From an uncultured Bacilli bacterium (lineage in GTDB: Bacteria; Bacillota_I; Bacilli_A; RFN20; CAG-449), in contig CALVJL010000006.1 in the NCBI GenBank assembly GCA_944332075.1, positions 30,862 through 94,861 on the forward strand: DNA of 64,000 nucleotides, written 5' to 3'. This document shows positions 58,841 through 64,000 of the stretch, in pieces. The notes beneath the pieces were generated by a model, which was given only the letters and a program-made list of their open reading frames with translations, did not search any database and had not been told where the DNA came from. The position numbers and the translations under genes were made by a program. The stretch's first letter is position 1. Every line of letters starts with the position of its first letter.

Positions 58841-60298
58841 GTGAACTACGAACGTCAAAAAAAGACACCTTTGCTAACCGCGATAAAAAAATACGTGGAA
58901 TCTGATCCAGTTCCATTCGATGTTCCGGGTCATAAAATGGGAAGGATTCATAACGATCTTTCCGATGCAATTGGAATTGATGTTTTTAAATACGATGTAA
59001 ACGCCCCTATCGGCATTGATAATCTCTACAAAGGTACCGGAGTTATATATGAAGCTGAATCATTGATGGCGGAAGCTTTTAAGGCTGATAAAGCAATCTT
59101 TTTAATTAACGGAACTACTTCCGGAATTATGATGATGATTATGGGATGCGTCAACAGCGGAGAAAAGATTATTTTACCGCGTAACGTCCATAAATCAGCG
59201 ATTAATGCTTTGATTGTATCAGGAGCTATACCAATCTTTGTCGATCCAGAATATAACCATGATTTAGGTATTGCTGATGGAGTTAAAGTCGAAACATATA
59301 TTGAAGCGATGGATAGTAACCCTGATGTTAAAGCCATCTTTGTTATTAATCCAACTTATTTCGGTGTTAGCTGCGATTTAAAAAGACTAGTGGAAGAAGC
59401 CCATAAAAGAGACGTTATCGTCATGGTCGATGAAGCTCATGGGGGACACTTATCTTTCTGCGATCAATTACCACCTTCCGCGATGGAATGCAACGCGGAT
59501 ATCGCATCATTAAGTATTCATAAAACATGTGGATCATTAACTCAATCATCCGCAATTTTAATTAAAGGCAACAACATTGATTATACGCGCGTTAGAAAAG
59601 CCTATACCATGTTTGGCTCTACCTCACCATCACATATTCTCTTAGCGTCTCTTGATGCCGCGAGAAAAAACATGGCTCTGCATGGTAAAAAATTCTTACA
59701 TAACACGCGTAAATTAACTGAATATGCGATTAAAGAATTAAATAAAATAAACGGCATTTCCGTCCTTGATAAAAGTTATTGTAACCATGAAAATTCTGGA
59801 CGTTATGAATTTGATGATACCCGTTTAGTTATTAGAGTCGATGGATTAAATAAATCAGGTTTCGAAATCTATAAAGAAATTAGAAAAACTTATAACGTTC
59901 AGCTAGAACTCGCTGAAACAAACCTCGTTTTAGCTATTCTCGCAATCGGTTCAACCAAAAACGATGTCGATAGATTAATCGCCGCGTTTAAAGGTTTATC
60001 CGAAAAATATTACGGAACATCTAAGCGTCACCGCGTCCCAATTCTTAACTATGATTATGGCGATATCGCTATTTCTCCACGTGAAGCATATTTTTCTGAA
60101 TATAAATCTATACCTCTTTATATGGCAGAAGGCGAAATCTCTTGCGAATCTGTTATGATATATCCACCAGGAATACCAATTTTAATTCCAGGTGAAAAAA
60201 TCAGTAAAGATGTTATTGATCTTTATAAATTCTATATAAAGTCTAAAGGAACCATTATGCAAGATTCCGAAATAGGCATGATTAAAGTCGTAAAGTAA
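58841..60298 (+). CDS. speA: Orn/Lys/Arg decarboxylase-family PLP enzyme, probably arginine decarboxylase (SpeA-type of Bacillus)
   Basis: OKR_DC_1 fold with PLP-lysine SIHKTCGSL, 485 aa. The start codon is GTG. It lies immediately upstream of agmatinase. Confidence 0.75.
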   Translation: MNYERQKKTPLLTAIKKYVESDPVPFDVPGHKMGRIHNDLSDAIGIDVFKYDVNAPIGIDNLYKGTGVIYEAESLMAEAFKADKAIFLINGTTSGIMMMIMGCVNSGEKIILPRNVHKSAINALIVSGAIPIFVDPEYNHDLGIADGVKVETYIEAMDSNPDVKAIFVINPTYFGVSCDLKRLVEEAHKRDVIVMVDEAHGGHLSFCDQLPPSAMECNADIASLSIHKTCGSLTQSSAILIKGNNIDYTRVRKAYTMFGSTSPSHILLASLDAARKNMALHGKKFLHNTRKLTEYAIKELNKINGISVLDKSYCNHENSGRYEFDDTRLVIRVDGLNKSGFEIYKEIRKTYNVQLELAETNLVLAILAIGSTKNDVDRLIAAFKGLSEKYYGTSKRHRVPILNYDYGDIAISPREAYFSEYKSIPLYMAEGEISCESVMIYPPGIPILIPGEKISKDVIDLYKFYIKSKGTIMQDSEIGMIKVVK

Positions 60299-60313
60299 TA
60301 AAGGAGTTTAAAA

Positions 60314-61180
60314 ATGAAATACGAAAGAAATTTATCTGTATTCCAAAGCTGCGATGCTAATTATGATGAAGCTAATGTTGTCATCTTTTCTTCACCGATG
60401 GATGCAACCTGTTCATTCCGTCCAGGTACTCGTTTTGCCGGACCATCAATTCGTCAAGAATCAATCGGTATGGAATGGTATTCACCATATTTTGACCGCG
60501 ATTTAAAAGATTATAAAACTTGTGATATCGGCGATTTAGATTTACCGATGGGTGATGTTGAAGCCGACTTAGATGAAATTTCTAGAGTCACCGCGGATAT
60601 TCTTAGCGATGGAAAGAAAACCATGATGATTGGTGGAGAACATTTAGTCACCTTAGGTACTATCCGTGAATATGTCAAAAAATATCCGGATTTACATATT
60701 ATTCATTTCGATGCTCATACCGATTTAAGAGAAGAGTTTTTAGGCCGCAAACTTTCACACGCGACAGTTTTAAGAAAATGCTACGACTTACTCGGCGATG
60801 GCAGAATTTATCAATTCGGTATTCGTTCTGGAGATAGCAGCGAATTTAAATGGGCTGCCGAAGGTCATACTCATTTAAGAAAATTTGATCTCGTCGGATT
60901 AGATGAATGCATCAAAGCCTTAAAGGATAAACCTGTTTATATCACAATCGACCTCGATGTTCTCGACCCATCTATCTTCCCGGGAACCGGTACACCTGAA
61001 GCCGGAGGTATCACTTATAAAGAATTGCAGCAAGCTATTCTCGATATGCGTGGATTAAACAATATTGTCGGAGCGGATATCGTTGAATTATCACCGCATT
61101 ACGACCCTTCCATGGTCTCTTCGCAAATCGCTTGCAAGGTATTAAGAGAGATGGTTTTACTTCTTCATTACCATGATTAA
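60314..61180 (+). CDS. speB: agmatinase (arginase/ureohydrolase family)
   Basis: Mn-binding motifs GGEHLVTLG, DAHTD and TIDLDVLDP. Confidence 0.85.
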   Translation: MKYERNLSVFQSCDANYDEANVVIFSSPMDATCSFRPGTRFAGPSIRQESIGMEWYSPYFDRDLKDYKTCDIGDLDLPMGDVEADLDEISRVTADILSDGKKTMMIGGEHLVTLGTIREYVKKYPDLHIIHFDAHTDLREEFLGRKLSHATVLRKCYDLLGDGRIYQFGIRSGDSSEFKWAAEGHTHLRKFDLVGLDECIKALKDKPVYITIDLDVLDPSIFPGTGTPEAGGITYKELQQAILDMRGLNNIVGADIVELSPHYDPSMVSSQIACKVLREMVLLLHYHD

Positions 61181-61236
61181 TCTTTTATATTTAAGTTTTA
61201 TAAAAATATCATTATAATGAATTAAGTCAAGGAGAA

Positions 61237-62103
61237 ATGCAACCAATGGTTTTTACTATTAAAGCCTACGCAAAAATCAATCTGGCTCTTAATGTCTTTG
61301 AGAAGATGGATGATGGCTATCACGATGTTGATATGATATCAATTCCTCTTGCTTTACATGATGTGCTAGAATTAGAAACTTTGCCAAAAGATTACGATAC
61401 CTACATCACATCTGATGATGAAGATTTACCGACCGATGAAAGCAATCTTTCATACAAAGCTTATCTCACATTAAAAAAAGCAACTTCTTTAAAATCGCGT
61501 TACTTAATTCATATTCATAAAAAAATTCCGATGCAAGCCGGTTTAGCCGGTGGATCTGCTGATGCTGCCGCGGTTATTAATGCAATTAATAAAATGGCAA
61601 AACTAAAACTCAATGACGAACAACTTATCGACATGGCTAAAACTATTGGAGGAGATGTTGCATTCTGTTTATTCAATCACGCAGCTAGATGCCAAGGTAT
61701 CGGAGGAGATTTATCTTTCTTCAATTTAAAGAGACGTTATCACGTCTTACTCATCAAACCAAATCAAGGTGTTTCCACCGCTCAAGCTTATCACGATTTT
61801 GATAATTTAGAAACCAAACCGGAAACTAGCAATATTGAAAGAATGATTGAGGCTTTAGAAAACGGGAACGACAAAGTAATCGCCGAGGAAATGAAAAATT
61901 CGCTTTATGAGCCTGCCTGTGCATTAGTTCCAGAAATCAAAGAAGTCTTAACAACTTTGAAAAATGACGGATTTGCTATGTCGATGATGTCGGGCTCTGG
62001 ATCAACAGTATTCGCGCTTAGCCGTGATTATAATGCATTGCTCCAAGAAAGCCATAAGTTTGATAAAAGCAAATTCAAAATTGTCTTAACGCAAACTTTA
62101 TAA
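61237..62103 (+). CDS. ispE: 4-(cytidine 5'-diphospho)-2-C-methyl-D-erythritol kinase
   Basis: GHMP kinase. N-terminus KAYAKINLALNV and ATP motif PMQAGLAGGSADAAA. Confidence 0.85.
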   Translation: MQPMVFTIKAYAKINLALNVFEKMDDGYHDVDMISIPLALHDVLELETLPKDYDTYITSDDEDLPTDESNLSYKAYLTLKKATSLKSRYLIHIHKKIPMQAGLAGGSADAAAVINAINKMAKLKLNDEQLIDMAKTIGGDVAFCLFNHAARCQGIGGDLSFFNLKRRYHVLLIKPNQGVSTAQAYHDFDNLETKPETSNIERMIEALENGNDKVIAEEMKNSLYEPACALVPEIKEVLTTLKNDGFAMSMMSGSGSTVFALSRDYNALLQESHKFDKSKFKIVLTQTL

Positions 62104-62108
62104 AATAA

Positions 62109-62138
62109 TTAACATGCTAATTCAGCATGTTTTTTTAT
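62109..62138 (+). terminator. intrinsic terminator after ispE
   Basis: aacatgctaattcagcatgtt hairpin followed by a T7 run. Confidence 0.7.
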
Positions 62139-62302
62139 ATAAAATGATATTTATCACGTTGAAAAAAAATATATTATGCAAAAATATAGTCGCTTTTACC
62201 GTCTCTGAACAAAATTTTTAAAAACGTATATGTTTATAGTTAAGTTATTTTAAATGATATATAATAATCAATGTTATTTAACAGATGTTTTTTGGAGGAT
62301 TT

Positions 62303-63280
62303 ATGATCGGAAATAACGCGTTAGTCTTCTCATTAACCGCGAACAAAGCTTTAGCGGAAGAAGTCGCTTCTTTACTCGGAAAAGAAGTATCTCCTGTTAC
62401 AGTTTCTCACTTCGCTGATGGTGAAATTATGTGCGAACCTGGCTGCTCAGTCAGAGAGAAAAACTGCTATATTATTCAATCAACTTGTGGACCTGTCACC
62501 GAACACTTATTCGAAATTTTAATTTTCGTCGATGCCATCAAAAGAAGCTCAGCGAAATCTATTACCGTTATCATGCCTTACTATGGATATGCTAGACAAG
62601 ATAGAAAAGCTAAACCACGTCAACCTATCACTTCTAAATTAGTTGCAGATTTATTAAAAGCTGCAGGTGTCAACAGAGTTGTCTGCGTCGATTTACACGC
62701 ACCTCAAATTCAAGGATTCTTCTCCTGCTTAATTGATGAAATGACTGCTATCCCACTTTTAGCAACACACTTCAAACCAATCGTCGATAAAGAAACTTGG
62801 ATTACTGTTTCTCCAGATCACGGAGGAGTCAATAGAGCTAGAAGAGTTGCAGAAATTCTCAACACTCCATTAGCAATTATCGATAAGAGAAGAAGCCGTC
62901 CAAATGAAGCCGAAGTTATGAATATCGTCGGTGAAGTAAGCGGAAAACACTGCTTAATGATCGATGATATGATCGATACAGGTGGATCAGCTGTCGAAGG
63001 TGCTAAAGCCTTATTAAAGAAAGGTGCAAAATCCGTTTCTATCGCTTGCTCACATGGTGTCTTCTCACATCCAGCTGAAGAAAGATTATTTGCTAAAGAT
63101 GAAAACGGAAATCCGGTCTTCCAAGAAATCGTCACAACAGATTCCATCCCTCTTAAGGATGAAATGAAAGCAGCAGGTAAGATTACTGTTATGTCCTTAG
63201 CTCCAATGCTCGCTAAAGTTATCGAACATATTGAACTCGGACTTCCTCTTACCTATGTCTATCAAATGTTCAATGATTAA
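62303..63280 (+). CDS. prs: ribose-phosphate pyrophosphokinase
   Basis: PRPP synthetase motifs (HFADGE, DLHAPQIQGFF, PRPP-binding MIDDMIDTGGS). The likely start at 62303 follows a GGAGGA RBS. The ORF track begins at 62285. Confidence 0.9.
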   Translation: MIGNNALVFSLTANKALAEEVASLLGKEVSPVTVSHFADGEIMCEPGCSVREKNCYIIQSTCGPVTEHLFEILIFVDAIKRSSAKSITVIMPYYGYARQDRKAKPRQPITSKLVADLLKAAGVNRVVCVDLHAPQIQGFFSCLIDEMTAIPLLATHFKPIVDKETWITVSPDHGGVNRARRVAEILNTPLAIIDKRRSRPNEAEVMNIVGEVSGKHCLMIDDMIDTGGSAVEGAKALLKKGAKSVSIACSHGVFSHPAEERLFAKDENGNPVFQEIVTTDSIPLKDEMKAAGKITVMSLAPMLAKVIEHIELGLPLTYVYQMFND

Positions 63281-63323
63281 TAAAAAATAGCAAAAAATTT
63301 TATTTTATCAAAAATTTTCATTC

Positions 63324-63370
63324 AAAAACTGTAGTTTACTTATATTTATATCAAACTACAGTTTTTTTAT
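63324..63370 (+). terminator. intrinsic terminator after prs
   Basis: aaactgtagttt ... aaactacagttt 12-bp stem followed by a T7 run. Confidence 0.7.
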
Positions 63371-63413
63371 TTCATTTATAGTTATACTATAGATAAAGAT
63401 AAGGATGATATTT

Positions 63414-64000
63414 ATGAAAAAATCTGCAAAAAATATATTGCTCTCTTTTTTAGCTATTTCCTCGTTAATGTCATGTCAAAGCGCTAATAATACATTAGAT
63501 ATTGTTACTGATTTTGATGATATAAGTATCTATAATTGTATCTACGATGATAACCCTACTAAATATAATCACAATTTATATTTAACCGCGGATTATGAAG
63601 TGGATTTATCCGCGCAAGAAATCTCCGGAGATATTTGCTTTCCTATCTACTCATCTCTACCGATTGATAATATATTAAGTTTAGAATACTTTGATACAAT
63701 AACTAACGAAAATATCTCTTTAAAAATTAATTCTTTTTCTTCAAAAAGAGATGTTAAGGAAAGAAAATATTATTACACATTAATCAACGCTTCCTTACCT
63801 AAGGAATTTATTACTCAAAAATTTAATATTGACGAAGTGAAAATTGTCGTACAATTCGAAAATCGGCCTTTCAAATATTTATTAAAATATAATGTCGATA
63901 TATCTAATCACTTTATCAATTCCTATCTAGATATATCTTCAATTCAACAAACATTTAATTTTACCCATTCAATCTATGTTGAATCTAAGCTGGTATATCA
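63414..64000 (+). CDS. lipoprotein, 5' part only (runs off the end of the window)
   Basis: ATG at 63414 encodes MKKSAKNILLSFLAISSLMSCQS (lipobox). The frame stays open to the end of the window. Absent from the ORF track because it has no stop. Confidence 0.5.
   Translation, partial: MKKSAKNILLSFLAISSLMSCQSANNTLDIVTDFDDISIYNCIYDDNPTKYNHNLYLTADYEVDLSAQEISGDICFPIYSSLPIDNILSLEYFDTITNENISLKINSFSSKRDVKERKYYYTLINASLPKEFITQKFNIDEVKIVVQFENRPFKYLLKYNVDISNHFINSYLDISSIQQTFNFTHSIYVESKLVY

Noticed and set aside
1-64000. CRISPR arrays, rRNA and tRNA genes
   Set aside because: No regular repeat-spacer periodicity was seen in any intergenic region. No cloverleaf-like GC-rich 70-90-nt segment or rRNA-like conserved block was noticed. 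The only structured RNA candidate is the SRP RNA at about 55232-55318.

Overview
This is a low-GC chromosomal segment (about 30% GC). All ORFs read with the standard code; Trp is encoded as TGG throughout. Many proteins carry a lipoprotein signal peptide, which points to Firmicutes, likely Erysipelotrichia or a Mollicutes-like lineage. The window has three parts. (1) Positions 1-23 kb are a carbohydrate-utilisation neighbourhood: GH78 alpha-L-rhamnosidase, a GPH/MFS symporter, a GH43 remnant, GH3 beta-glucosidase, an AraC regulator, an AgrC/LytTR-type two-component pair, a domain-permuted membrane-anchored GH3, a sugar O-acetyltransferase and a GT39-like membrane protein. Embedded in it are a TIR-methyltransferase fusion, a small repeat-peptide gene and an orphan DUF5131 gene. 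(2) Positions 23.1-39.0 kb are an accessory island of about 16 kb with no integrase or transposase, lying between the GT39-like gene and rlmD. Every gene in it is on the minus strand. It carries three candidate defence modules. The first is an AAA ATPase followed by a tightly linked NERD-HRDC nuclease-like protein, a small SAM methyltransferase and an HNH protein. The second is an apparent operon: a small coiled-coil protein, a MORC/Hsp90-like GHKL ATPase, two unknown proteins and a Dam-class N6-adenine methyltransferase with a long C-terminal extension. The third is a vWA protein whose gene overlaps a zinc-ribbon protein gene, with an HTH regulator nearby. The Dam/GHKL operon is the strongest candidate for an undescribed R-M-like defence system. 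(3) Positions 39-64 kb are core genes: rlmD, five tandem surface lipoprotein genes (two with an HExxH metallopeptidase motif, plus a third paralog further on), metG, rpmE, a TetR regulator, pepT, tadA, a small SRP RNA, an oxidoreductase, mscL, speA-speB, ispE, prs and a partial lipoprotein gene at the window edge. No CRISPR array, rRNA or tRNA was found.
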